Source of the DNA: a virus
Direction: 5' to 3' (one strand)
DNA: 64,000 bases
IMG/VR virus record: IMGVR_UViG_3300037346_000623
Coordinates: 53,266 to 117,265 of that record
The number at the start of each line of letters is the position of its first letter. Position 1 is the stretch's first letter. A program made the translations under genes and the position numbers. Below the pieces are notes generated by a model. The model saw only the letters and a list, made by a program, of their open reading frames with translations. It did not search any database and was not told where the DNA came from. Of the stretch, positions 34,155 to 42,702 are shown piece by piece.

Positions 34155-34317
34155 TAAAAAAAGAAATACCCAAACCACTTTCACATCCCTTTACTCTTTG
34201 GTTTACCAGTCTTGCGAACTGTGCTGGTCTAATCTCATTTCTGTGATTAAAGCGGTCTATTGCGTCAGGGTATGGCAACCAATAGGCTTGAACCTCTCCA
34301 AAAATATTTCTTTTTAA
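34155..34317 (-). ncRNA. Putative structured RNA closed by terminal stem
   Basis: AAAAAGAAATA...TATTTCTTTTT ends, three internal hairpins. Confidence 0.45.
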
Positions 34318-34400
34318 TTCTTTATGTTAATGAACGTTGTTTCTTTGTTTATTATTATATTGCAAAAGTATGATATTCTTTCGGGATAAAAAAATTATTT

Positions 34401-35054
34401 TTAATATTTTTTTGAATTTTTTATTCTTCCTCTTTTCCATCACTTCACTATTTCTGTGTTGTTGCTAATCTTTTTTTCCGTTAATTCATTATTTACCCAA
34501 ATTGTTTCAAATTGTGAATTTTTTTCTCCTAATCAGTGTCACTTTTTGGAATCTTTCATATTATAAATAGTTTCCTGTGTATGATTTCTTCCTAGAAATG
34601 TTTTTTTATCATATCTATCGAATTATACTGATTCGTGTCTTTTCAACATTGATTTGGATGCTACAATTCTCAACTTTCCTTTAAAATCTTTATCTGATTT
34701 TAATTTTCTTTGTAATCCATCACTTCCAGATTTTTGCCAAATTAATTTATTGGTTTCTGTGCATCCACCTCCGCCTCCTGGCTGTAGATTCATACACATC
34801 GGATTGCTTAGAAGATTTTCGTTAGCTATTTCAGTCTCTTTGTTTTTTAGAGATTCCCTATCATCAAAATATTCCAATATTTCCTTGGCGTATAAATCCT
34901 TACCGTGTTTTCTTATAGAATTTCTAATTCTTTTCCCACTACCAAAATATACATCTTCGAGATTATCCGTCGAGTTCATACCTATATAATATTTACCATT
35001 CTTTGTGTTGGCTATCTTATAGATATAATGAAATTGTTTTTCTTTTCTTGCCAT
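34401..35054 (-). pseudogene. GIY-YIG (Seg-like) homing endonuclease with premature stops
   Basis: YIYKI.N..NGKYYIG...Y.GSG; the same frame continues past TAA 34623 and three TGAs through NUMOD-like GEKNSQF..IWVNN. Confidence 0.85.
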
Positions 35055-35107
35055 TTCTATACTTTAATTTAGATTATATAATTAAATTAAAGTACGAAAT
35101 CGCGCCG

Positions 35108-35181
35108 CCGGAACATCGGGATTCGAACCCGATTCGCACGCCGTGACAGGGCGGCATCCTTCGCCAGTGGACCTTGCTCCG
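35108..35181 (-). tRNA. tRNA-Asp(GTC)
   Basis: CCGCC-CTGTCAC-GGCG. Confidence 0.88.
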
Positions 35182-35190
35182 TTTATTTTG

Positions 35191-35280
35191 CGGAGGATGA
35201 GGGGCTCGAACCCTCGCGACCTATCACTAGATCCTATCTGTTTAGCAAACAGACCTCTTCACCAACTTGAGTAACCCTCC
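35191..35280 (-). tRNA. tRNA-Ser(GCT)
   Basis: TCTGT-TTGCTAA-ACAGA, long variable arm. Confidence 0.93.
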
Positions 35281-35287
35281 TTTTCTG

Positions 35288-35372
35288 TACTCCTAGCCAG
35301 ACTCGAACTGGCACGCCCCTTCCGGGACACAAGATTTTAAGTCTTGGGTGTCTACCATTCCACCATAGGAGC
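35288..35372 (-). tRNA. tRNA-Leu(TAA)
   Basis: CAAGA-CTTAAAA-TCTTG, long variable arm. Confidence 0.93.
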
Positions 35373-35380
35373 ATTTTTTG

Positions 35381-35455
35381 GGTGACTGATGGGGTTTGAA
35401 CCCATGACCTCCTGAACCACAATCAGGCGTTCTAACCAGCTGAACTACAGCCACC
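35381..35455 (-). tRNA. tRNA-His(GTG)
   Basis: CCTGA-TTGTGGT-TCAGG, G-1 and C73. Confidence 0.93.
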
Positions 35456-35510
35456 ATGTTGCGATCTATGAGGCCAGATCGCCAGCCAGTGCCTTCTCCC
35501 TGGGGAGATG

Positions 35511-35948
35511 CTATTTGCTTGATTCTATAAATTCTCTTTCAGTTACTTTTTTTATTGGTGTAAATAAAGCGAATCCATCGTCGTCTTCGAAGTGATTACA
35601 TTTATCGATGAAATAGTTATTCATCTTAAATCTCCAATACTCGAAGACGTTCATAGCTTCATTCCATCTCCCAATTTTACCTCTTCTATGATCGCCGAGA
35701 TAGAAAGCTCCATCTTCAAGTTCATTCTTAGGTATTGCACCAGCTTTGATGAGTCTCGGTATATAATATTCAAGATATTCTTTTTCACAAACCCTAGGTA
35801 TTTCTGGTACATCTTGAGGTGTTTTGAAAGGTTTAAGATTGTCCCATCTTTTTCTTCTAATTTCCTCAAAATTTCTTCGATCGATTTCTCTTTTTTCTTC
35901 AAGGAACCTTTTGATTTTTTCAATTTTTTCAATTTTTTCTTGTTCCAT
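35511..35948 (-). CDS. Hypothetical phage protein within tRNA array
   Basis: 145 aa ORF. Confidence 0.75.
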   Translation of the reverse strand: MEQEKIEKIEKIKRFLEEKREIDRRNFEEIRRKRWDNLKPFKTPQDVPEIPRVCEKEYLEYYIPRLIKAGAIPKNELEDGAFYLGDHRRGKIGRWNEAMNVFEYWRFKMNNYFIDKCNHFEDDDGFALFTPIKKVTEREFIESSK

Positions 35949-35967
35949 GATTGCTAATTTTTATTAG

Positions 35968-36050
35968 AGGTGCCTGTCAGATTCGAACTGACGCGAGATT
36001 TCTCTAGTGGTTTTGCAGACCACCCCTTTCAGCCACTCAGGCAAGGCACC
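35968..36050 (-). tRNA. tRNA-Cys(GCA) with long variable arm
   Basis: GTGGT-CTGCAAA-ACCAC, U73. Confidence 0.88.
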
Positions 36051-36195
36051 ATGATTTATTTCCCTTTGTATTTCTACCGTTTCCTTTATTAGCACCTTTA
36101 TATATGGGTAACTAAGTATTCAAATTTGTACAAATCAATCTAAAATTACTTTTTGTATTATTTATGGATTACTTATAACCATATTTGAACATTAG

Positions 36196-36268
36196 ATCCC
36201 AGAATCGGACTCGAACCGATAACTTCTAATTTACAAAATTAGTGCTCTGCCAATTGAGCTATCCGGGA
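36196..36268 (-). tRNA. tRNA-Thr(TGT)
   Basis: CTAAT-TTTGTAA-ATTAG. Confidence 0.88.
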
Positions 36269-36276
36269 ATATTTTG

Positions 36277-36362
36277 AGGAGAGAGGGAGGATCGAACTCC
36301 ATGCAGTTACCCGCACCCGATGCTTTCCAGGCATGACCTATCACCGTTTAGAATCACTCTCC
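36277..36362 (-). tRNA. tRNA-Ser(GGA), atypical D arm
   Basis: ATGC-CTGGAAA-GCAT, long variable arm. Confidence 0.75.
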
Positions 36363-36476
36363 ATTGAGGGCTGACATATAGAATCCTTCCTATTTTCTGC
36401 GGTATAGGTACCATCATGGGCTCCGTTGACTGATTCGTCTTTATAACCCCATACGGAACAAGCAGGGTAACCAAAG

Positions 36477-36564
36477 CGGAGAGGGTGGGATTCGAACCCA
36501 CGGGAGTAATGAGCTCACACTAGATTTCAAGTCTAGGCGCTTTTGACCACTTGCGCACCTCTCC
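36477..36564 (-). tRNA. tRNA-Ser(TGA)
   Basis: CTAGA-CTTGAAA-TCTAG. Confidence 0.93.
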
Positions 36565-36595
36565 AATTTACTTTTACAATATTTCAATGAACAAT

Positions 36596-36628
36596 AAAAA
36601 AGGCCTCCTTTTTCGAGGAGACCTTTTT
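36596..36628 (-). terminator. Intrinsic terminator/attenuator in front of tRNA array 1
   Basis: AAAAAGGTCTCCT-CGAAAA-AGGAGGCCTTTTTT. Confidence 0.85.
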
Positions 36629-36651
36629 GATATTTATTATGTTACTTAATA

Positions 36652-36744
36652 TCAATACTCTCTCCTCATTACAATAGACGATTCACAAGTTGAACTCGTG
36701 TGATCTAAATGTAATGTATCTAATATGTATTGTATTTGTGACAT
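36652..36744 (-). CDS. Leader peptide 1 (MSQIQYILDTLHLDHTSSTCESSIVMRREY)
   Basis: 30-codon ORF between dual promoter and terminator; not in the ORF track. Confidence 0.7.
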   Translation of the reverse strand: MSQIQYILDTLHLDHTSSTCESSIVMRREY

Positions 36745-36756
36745 TGTTTTTATTTT

Positions 36757-36832
36757 TATAGATTTATATATCTAATTGATTTTAATATTTTATGCAAATT
36801 TAAGGAAATGTTTCGAATAAAAAAAATTATTT
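36757..36832 (-). promoter_or_regulatory. Dual promoter cassette (TAAATTTGC host-type box and GATATATA late box)
   Basis: Near-identical copy at 48352-48427. Confidence 0.7.
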
Positions 36833-36842
36833 TCAATTTTTT

Positions 36843-38333
36843 TTAAATAAATTCAAAATTTCTGAAAGATTCTAAATAATCTAGACTATAGTTTTCCTTT
36901 AATTCCTTAATTTTCTTTGAATCTTTATCCCCTACAATAGCAGGAACTGAATTGATTGTTTTTAACCCAACAGATACAGCTTTTGGAAATGGTCCCATAA
37001 GACCAGCTGAAGATAATTTATCAATTGTTTTTGATACTTTTGGGTATTCATCTGCTAAATCACCTATGAAATCTATCATTGGCTGAGCTATTGGTTTTAT
37101 GTAAGTTTCTACTAATTTCTTAATAACTTCTAAAGCAGGTCCTAAGAAAGACTTAAGCGCATTAGCTATTATTTTAGCTGCAGGTGTAACTGCAGATTTT
37201 ATGAAATTTGATATTGCTTTCGAGAATTTTTCGGGAAGTGATATAAGGAATTGAAACAATTCTGATATTTTCCCGCCAGCATAAATTATACCGTCAAATA
37301 CCTTACCTAAAAGACCTTCACAGACCATCAGAAATATTATTGATATTGTTGTAGCTGCAAGAGCAGATCCACCTGACCCCATTATCGCACCGATGCTCTT
37401 TGCTGAATTTGTTCCCATTTTACCAACTAGTTTTGATGCACCATGTGCTAGGAAATGCTCTGTGCCATGAGCAAATTGACCAGCGAATGTACCTGCCCAT
37501 TTTTCGGAAGCTTTAAGTGCCGTTGTACTTGATGCTGCTATACCGGGTATCGCTGCTTTTGGTGCCATTATAACGTCATTTAGGCCTAATAATATAGAAC
37601 ATGAACCAGCTATTACTAATGGTGCTCCTGTGGCTAGACTTTTTTTAGCCTTTTCTAGTTTTTCCATTTCCATATCTGATAAATATGACCATGCTTTTTT
37701 CATTTTATATACGCCTATACCTGTCTCAATTGCACCGGCTATTCCTAGTAGTACTGGCCCTAATATCTGACCAGCTGCTGGTATTAATGGGGTAACTGCT
37801 GCTGTCATCTGTAGTACTATTGCTACAGTTGTCCAAAAATTGGAACTAGTTGTTATTTCCTTTATGGCAGATACTATTCTTTTTGTAAATTTCCAAACCC
37901 TTTTTGCACCATCTGATATGCTATTCCATATATTTGCACTCTTGGATTTAACTAAATCTACTGCTGATTTAGCATTAGATTTAACTTTATCCCAAGCTGC
38001 TTCCATATCATCAATCATTCCTTCATTTATCGCTTGCATCGTATAATTATCTATTATAAATGCAGAACCATTTTTAAATAAAACTGTTCCTATATCGCTC
38101 TCAAGCATCAATATCTTCTCATCATCGTTGAACCAGTCTTTCTTATTCTCATAAAGCATTCCCAATTCATACATAGCATACGATTTTTCCAATAGCATCT
38201 CCTCCGATTCGGATTCAAATATCTTAGATTCAAACATATTAGAAAATTCTGTCAATGTTAGTTTCACCATTATGTCTTCACTTAACTTTCCAAAATTGCT
38301 TGATGAAAGAAATCCATCATATTTATTAATCAT
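36843..38333 (-). CDS. Helical protein with several Gly/Ala-rich hydrophobic segments
   Basis: 496 aa; candidate ejected or membrane-inserting virion protein. Confidence 0.7.
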   Translation of the reverse strand: MINKYDGFLSSSNFGKLSEDIMVKLTLTEFSNMFESKIFESESEEMLLEKSYAMYELGMLYENKKDWFNDDEKILMLESDIGTVLFKNGSAFIIDNYTMQAINEGMIDDMEAAWDKVKSNAKSAVDLVKSKSANIWNSISDGAKRVWKFTKRIVSAIKEITTSSNFWTTVAIVLQMTAAVTPLIPAAGQILGPVLLGIAGAIETGIGVYKMKKAWSYLSDMEMEKLEKAKKSLATGAPLVIAGSCSILLGLNDVIMAPKAAIPGIAASSTTALKASEKWAGTFAGQFAHGTEHFLAHGASKLVGKMGTNSAKSIGAIMGSGGSALAATTISIIFLMVCEGLLGKVFDGIIYAGGKISELFQFLISLPEKFSKAISNFIKSAVTPAAKIIANALKSFLGPALEVIKKLVETYIKPIAQPMIDFIGDLADEYPKVSKTIDKLSSAGLMGPFPKAVSVGLKTINSVPAIVGDKDSKKIKELKENYSLDYLESFRNFEFI

Positions 38334-38416
38334 TTTATAAATTTTTCCTTTATATCAAAATTATAAACAACAAAAAAGCCATTCGTATGAATGGCTTTTA
38401 TAATTTGATAATATTA

Positions 38417-39997
38417 TTAGATAATAATGGCTTCAATTTCTCTTAAAATCGCTTTTGGATCAATCTCAGCTTTTTTAATCATCTCATAGATATCAGCAGA
38501 GTAACCAAAAAGTTGAACTAATTTGCTACCTGGTTTGAACATGGTTGTACCATATCCTTGAATATCTACTGTGTAGATGAAAGGCTCACCGTGTGCAGAT
38601 TTGTAAGATTGGAAAGAACTGTTTGTAACGATTCTATCACCACCTTGTAAATCTGATATGATGAAGATACGATCATATTTACCGCTTGTCTGTAAGGTTG
38701 AGAAGATTGAACCGAAGTCTGTACCGTGGCCAACTCTACCCTGTAAGCTTAAACATGTATTTTTTATTGTATTGATACTATCACCTGGGTTATATCTAAT
38801 ACCTTCGGCTGTTGATGCGAATTGATATAAATCAGCACCGATTCCTTTTGCTAATGTTGCTCCAATAAGAGCAGCTTTATCAATACAGTGTTTGTTTATA
38901 GATTTGCCGTTCATCGTAACACCATGTCCCATTCCGTGCATAGATCCGGATGTATCAATAACAACCGCTGTTCTACCATGCGAGAATAATTCAACTAAGT
39001 TTGGTATTGCTAATTCGTAAGCCCTATTCAGGGCAGTAACAAATGGTCTAGACGCAGAAGCACTAGTTTCTTGTAAAAGAATCTCCAAAGCAATATCTAT
39101 TTGGTGAGGAAAAACCAAGGATTTCCTGATCAATTTCTCATCGATTAAAAGCTCACATGCACCGCTAACTAATTCAGAATTTGAACTTGTGTTTATGATG
39201 TTTCTTAAATTACGAAGCAATGCCAGGTAACCAATTTTTCTGGTTTTAATCAATTCAGCATAGTTGCTTTCTTTAGTCTGTGTCAATTCAACCTCAGCTT
39301 GTGCTTTAGTGATTTCCCCAGATTTAACTTTTGCAGCAACATCTTGACCAGCTTTCGAGTTTTTATCCTCAACCGTATTGAACTGTTTTAATTTACCGGT
39401 CATAAGGTCCTTGAAAACCACTTCCATTTGTGGAGTTGTTGGCTTTGGACGAACCAGGTTAACAACATCAACAAGTGAAACTGCTTTTCCTTTACCTTGA
39501 TATTTAGCTAATTCGTACGCATCTGCTGATTCTAAAGCTGCTTTGAAACCTTTCTTCATCGAATTAGGTAATGGCTTACCTGGGTTGAAGTGTTGATAAG
39601 CTGCGATAATCTCTAATACGTCATCTAAACGGTATATGATACCACCGGTTTTAGTATTCTTGTCTCTTTTGGAGAAGAATCTTCTGCCTATGGCAGAGCC
39701 AGATAGATGTTTAACTAATGATACGGATCCGAAGTGTGTTACCGATCTCTGACCAACAACTGTTCTAGCGTACACTAGGGCTTTAGCGACGAACTCTATA
39801 TCTTTCTTGGATAATTCATCAATAAGTTGAATAAATCTATTCTCTCTATCTGATAATTTTTCATAGTATGAATTGTCCAATCCAGTGGTAAGAATTGCGA
39901 TTAATTCCAATTTTGGATCATACTTCACACCTGTTCCACCTTGGTGGTTTGTAACTGTCTCTACAGTTCTTTTTACTTTTTGATTGTAACGTGACAT
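38417..39997 (-). CDS. Ro60/Rsr-like TROVE-domain RNA-binding protein with vWA domain
   Basis: N..GG N-terminus, YELAKY, SL.D...L..PKP, ALLRNLRNI, V.IDTSGSM MIDAS, IISD.Q, G.S. Confidence 0.92.
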   Translation of the reverse strand: MSRYNQKVKRTVETVTNHQGGTGVKYDPKLELIAILTTGLDNSYYEKLSDRENRFIQLIDELSKKDIEFVAKALVYARTVVGQRSVTHFGSVSLVKHLSGSAIGRRFFSKRDKNTKTGGIIYRLDDVLEIIAAYQHFNPGKPLPNSMKKGFKAALESADAYELAKYQGKGKAVSLVDVVNLVRPKPTTPQMEVVFKDLMTGKLKQFNTVEDKNSKAGQDVAAKVKSGEITKAQAEVELTQTKESNYAELIKTRKIGYLALLRNLRNIINTSSNSELVSGACELLIDEKLIRKSLVFPHQIDIALEILLQETSASASRPFVTALNRAYELAIPNLVELFSHGRTAVVIDTSGSMHGMGHGVTMNGKSINKHCIDKAALIGATLAKGIGADLYQFASTAEGIRYNPGDSINTIKNTCLSLQGRVGHGTDFGSIFSTLQTSGKYDRIFIISDLQGGDRIVTNSSFQSYKSAHGEPFIYTVDIQGYGTTMFKPGSKLVQLFGYSADIYEMIKKAEIDPKAILREIEAIII

Positions 39998-40020
39998 GAT
40001 TATAAATGTTTATATTATAA

Positions 40021-40398
40021 AATTGAGTTATCTGAAAGATAAAGCATATAGACTATGTCAAATGCAAGATCAATGTCAAAGACCTTCCTCTATCGCAAAG
40101 GCAAGGACAAAAACTAAGTCTCTGATGTTAGCCAATTATCTGCCTAGTGGTAAAGATTTCTCTTTCTCTATGGCTTTCAGTAACTTGTCTAACAATTGAG
40201 TTCTATCTCAGTTTTGTTTATTCTTATAGAAGAAGCGGAGTGATGAGAGTTCCCTGAGGATCCTCTCTAATTGCTGTATATGATTAATAGTCATTTATCT
40301 TATAAGATAATGGCTTGAAGCCATTAATAAAGGACCTTATCTCTCCGAATCAAAGCATCAGGGGAATCGGCTTTTGCTTACCCCATCAGCACCTCAAT
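40021..40398 (-). ncRNA. Putative large structured RNA between the 307-aa gene and TROVE
   Basis: 380-nt intergenic region with AATTGAG/CTCAATT ends, nested stems and hexamer periodicity. Confidence 0.5.
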
Positions 40399-40407
40399 TT
40401 ATTTTTT

Positions 40408-41331
40408 TTATTTTTCTAGTTGCTTCAAAAATTCATCAACAACTGGCTGAAATCTAGCATCAACATGAATCTTAAGATTTACCGCTTCGCCGATTTTATT
40501 TTGGCGTTCCGTCTCAAAATCGTGACTAGCTTTCTTGTAATCTGCTAACCAGGATTCTCTCTTTTTGGTATATTCATTCATCACAAGAGCATTCTTTTCA
40601 TTAACCTCAGCCTGAGCATCAGCATTGATTTTAGAAATCCTTGAATTCTCCTTGGTTACAGAATTCTTAACCTTCGATTTAAAATAATTAACCCTTTGTT
40701 CGTATCCCCTATGAAGGGCTGCTAACTCCTCGTGAGTTTTTAATAAATCCTCTGATTTATGGTGAACTTTAACTTTAATTGGAGTTTTCTTTCCTATTTC
40801 AACTTCCATGAACTCAAGGAGTTGAATTTTGGGAAGCTCAGATCTCAATCGATCTAAAGTTCCATTCTTATGAATAAATTGACCTATATGAGAAGCATAA
40901 GCCTCTGCCTCGATAAATTCATTATGCTCGTCTAGTGAAAGTTGACCCCATCCCCAATCATCAGTAACTTGTGCAGTGATTTCGGGCTGGATGTTAGCTT
41001 CTCTTACAGGTGAAGGATTTTGATCCTCATAATCAAGGTGCTCTCTCTTGATTTCATTTATTAATTCATCTTTGGCCTTGATGTTCTCCATAAGAAAAGC
41101 TTGTGTTGCATGCAACCTTGCCTTAGATTTAAGAAGTTCAACAACATCTGCAGGCAAAGGGTTTGCAGCAGTTAATTGATGATCCTCTTTAGAGATCTTT
41201 ATCGTTTTTGATGCGTTGTTGATGTCAGCTAAGGCTGCAGTTATATCCTTAGATCTTTGGTTACAGAGATTTGATACTGATTGAGCCTGTGACATTGATA
41301 ATCCTTTTTCTGCTAATGAATTTCTTTTCAT
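40408..41331 (-). CDS. Hypothetical coiled-coil protein upstream of TROVE
   Basis: 307 aa ORF. Confidence 0.85.
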   Translation of the reverse strand: MKRNSLAEKGLSMSQAQSVSNLCNQRSKDITAALADINNASKTIKISKEDHQLTAANPLPADVVELLKSKARLHATQAFLMENIKAKDELINEIKREHLDYEDQNPSPVREANIQPEITAQVTDDWGWGQLSLDEHNEFIEAEAYASHIGQFIHKNGTLDRLRSELPKIQLLEFMEVEIGKKTPIKVKVHHKSEDLLKTHEELAALHRGYEQRVNYFKSKVKNSVTKENSRISKINADAQAEVNEKNALVMNEYTKKRESWLADYKKASHDFETERQNKIGEAVNLKIHVDARFQPVVDEFLKQLEK

Positions 41332-41415
41332 AATTTCTAATTTTTGTTTTTATAATATTTTCTAAATTTACTCTAATAAAAAAGGGATTAAGTCGCTTGG
41401 CGTCCTAACCCCTTT

Positions 41416-41573
41416 ATAAAACTAACAGAGAATGATGTAAGAAGTGTTAACAATTTAATGTCTGATTATGAGTCAGATGACTTAACCACTTGTCTAAATT
41501 TCCATTTTGGCGGAAACTATCGGAGTCGAACCGATGTGCGATGTAACTTCTATACTTACTACTGTCGTATGTT
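41416..41573 (-). ncRNA. Y RNA (YrlA-like) 1, permuted tRNA module (T arm, acceptor, D arm, anticodon CAT)
   Basis: AGTAGT...GTTACATCG / CATTCTCT stem enclosing tRNA arms; near TROVE. Confidence 0.75.
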
Positions 41574-41732
41574 TTATAAGGGAATGATGTAAATAGCGTT
41601 TTTTCTAACGTGCTCTACCAACTGAGCTATTCCTCCAAATTTTTAATTTGTTTAGTGGAGGAAGATGGATTCGAACCACCGACACTGTGCTTTCAATGCA
41701 TGCGAAGTAACTATTTTACTGACCACTTATAA
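41574..41732 (-). ncRNA. Y RNA (YrlA-like) 2, permuted module (anticodon-like arm, T arm, closed acceptor, D arm)
   Basis: AGTGGT...GTTACTTCG / CATTCCCT stem; GGTGG-TTCGAAT-CCATC; TAGCTCAGTTGGTAGAGC. Confidence 0.8.
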
Positions 41733-41739
41733 TATGTTT

Positions 41740-41871
41740 TTGTAAGGGAATGACAGGACGAAAGAAATGATGTTTTTGCTGGAGTTGAACCAGCTACCTT
41801 AAATACCAAAAATTTACGATCTACCAAATGATCTAAAAAACGATGAATTTCGTTACCTTTACCACTTACAA
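41740..41871 (-). ncRNA. Y RNA-like 3, unpermuted tRNA module
   Basis: TTGTAAGTGGT...CATTCCCTTACAA stem; D, anticodon and T arms in normal order. Confidence 0.72.
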
Positions 41872-41958
41872 TAATACTTTTTCAATGAACGTTTTGTGAT
41901 TTTTATATATAGGAAAATCTTTTTTGTTTCATAAAAAATCAATATTTTTTAAAAATTT

Positions 41959-42124
41959 AACGTTCTTAGAGATATTGGGAAGAGAATGCTTAGAAAGGGA
42001 TGCTAATAGTTTTTGCGGGAGTTGAACCCGCGACCTTAAATATTAAAAATTTACGCCCTACCAACTGGGCTAAAAAACGAAGTAACCTTTCAATTTACCA
42101 CTAACCAATATTTCTAAGAACGTT
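41959..42124 (-). ncRNA. Y RNA-like 4, unpermuted tRNA module
   Basis: Long terminal stem AACGTTCTTAGA.ATATTGG; AGTGGT...GTTACTTCG / CATTCTCT. Confidence 0.72.
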
Positions 42125-42128
42125 TTTG

Positions 42129-42205
42129 TTGGATGAATGGGAATCGAACCCACATGTGACCAGTTAACCTTTCTATCGCGTATCAGGCGAAGGGTATATC
42201 ATCCA
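42129..42205 (-). ncRNA. D-arm-less tRNA-like RNA, anticodon GAT
   Basis: TGGATGA/TCATCCA acceptor, TCGC-CTGATAC-GCGA, T arm, no D stem. Confidence 0.7.
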
Positions 42206-42214
42206 ATATTTTTG

Positions 42215-42286
42215 TGACTCTAGAGGGATTCGAACCCCCATCTTCTGGGCCGTAACCAGGTGTTCTATCCGTTGAACTATAAAGCC
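42215..42286 (-). tRNA. tRNA-Arg(ACG)
   Basis: CTGG-TTACGGC-CCAG. Confidence 0.9.
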
Positions 42287-42295
42287 TATTAAATT

Positions 42296-42461
42296 AATTC
42301 ACCAAGCCTACCATCTACAAGTAGCAACAAATGTGATAATCCTTTCGTTGACTAGCGCTATACGCAAAGTTGCAACTAATCAGGCACTTAGATGACGCCT
42401 TCCTTTCTCACGTATTAAGGTTACACTTCAGAAATTTACCTCTACGGTCACTTGGTGAATT
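42296..42461 (-). ncRNA. Putative structured RNA closed by terminal stem
   Basis: AATTCACCAAG...CTTGGTGAATT perfect 11-bp ends. Confidence 0.55.
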
Positions 42462-42471
42462 ATTTTTTTAT

Positions 42472-42645
42472 TTATAATCGGCTCTGAAGAATTCCTATCT
42501 CCCTATTCAATCTCCTGACGTCAGAGTCTGTTAATGAAATTTTAGTATCCCTTGTACCTTTTTCTGTTTTAACCCCGCTTTTTAATTGTTCCTCCAACAT
42601 AGACAATGCTCTTGTTTGTCTGGATCTTCTCTGGATTGTTGCCAT
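42472..42645 (-). CDS. Small basic protein MATIQRRSRQ... (57 aa)
   Basis: Hand-translated ORF behind the promoter box at 42671. Confidence 0.6.
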   Translation of the reverse strand: MATIQRRSRQTRALSMLEEQLKSGVKTEKGTRDTKISLTDSDVRRLNREIGILQSRL

Positions 42646-42702
42646 TTTTTGTATGTTTAATTATTATAATGTAAATATATGATATTTTTTCGTGATAAAA
42701 AA

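Noticed and set aside
39996-40199. 67-aa plus-strand ORF with QxQxQ/KxKxK pattern
   Set aside because: Antisense to the operon with no promoter box; the pattern derives from the hexamer periodicity reported as an RNA feature
42010-42078. Ochre suppressor tRNA (TTA loop)
   Set aside because: The module is embedded in a Y-RNA-like stem with a weak poly-T/poly-A acceptor; it is not a free tRNA
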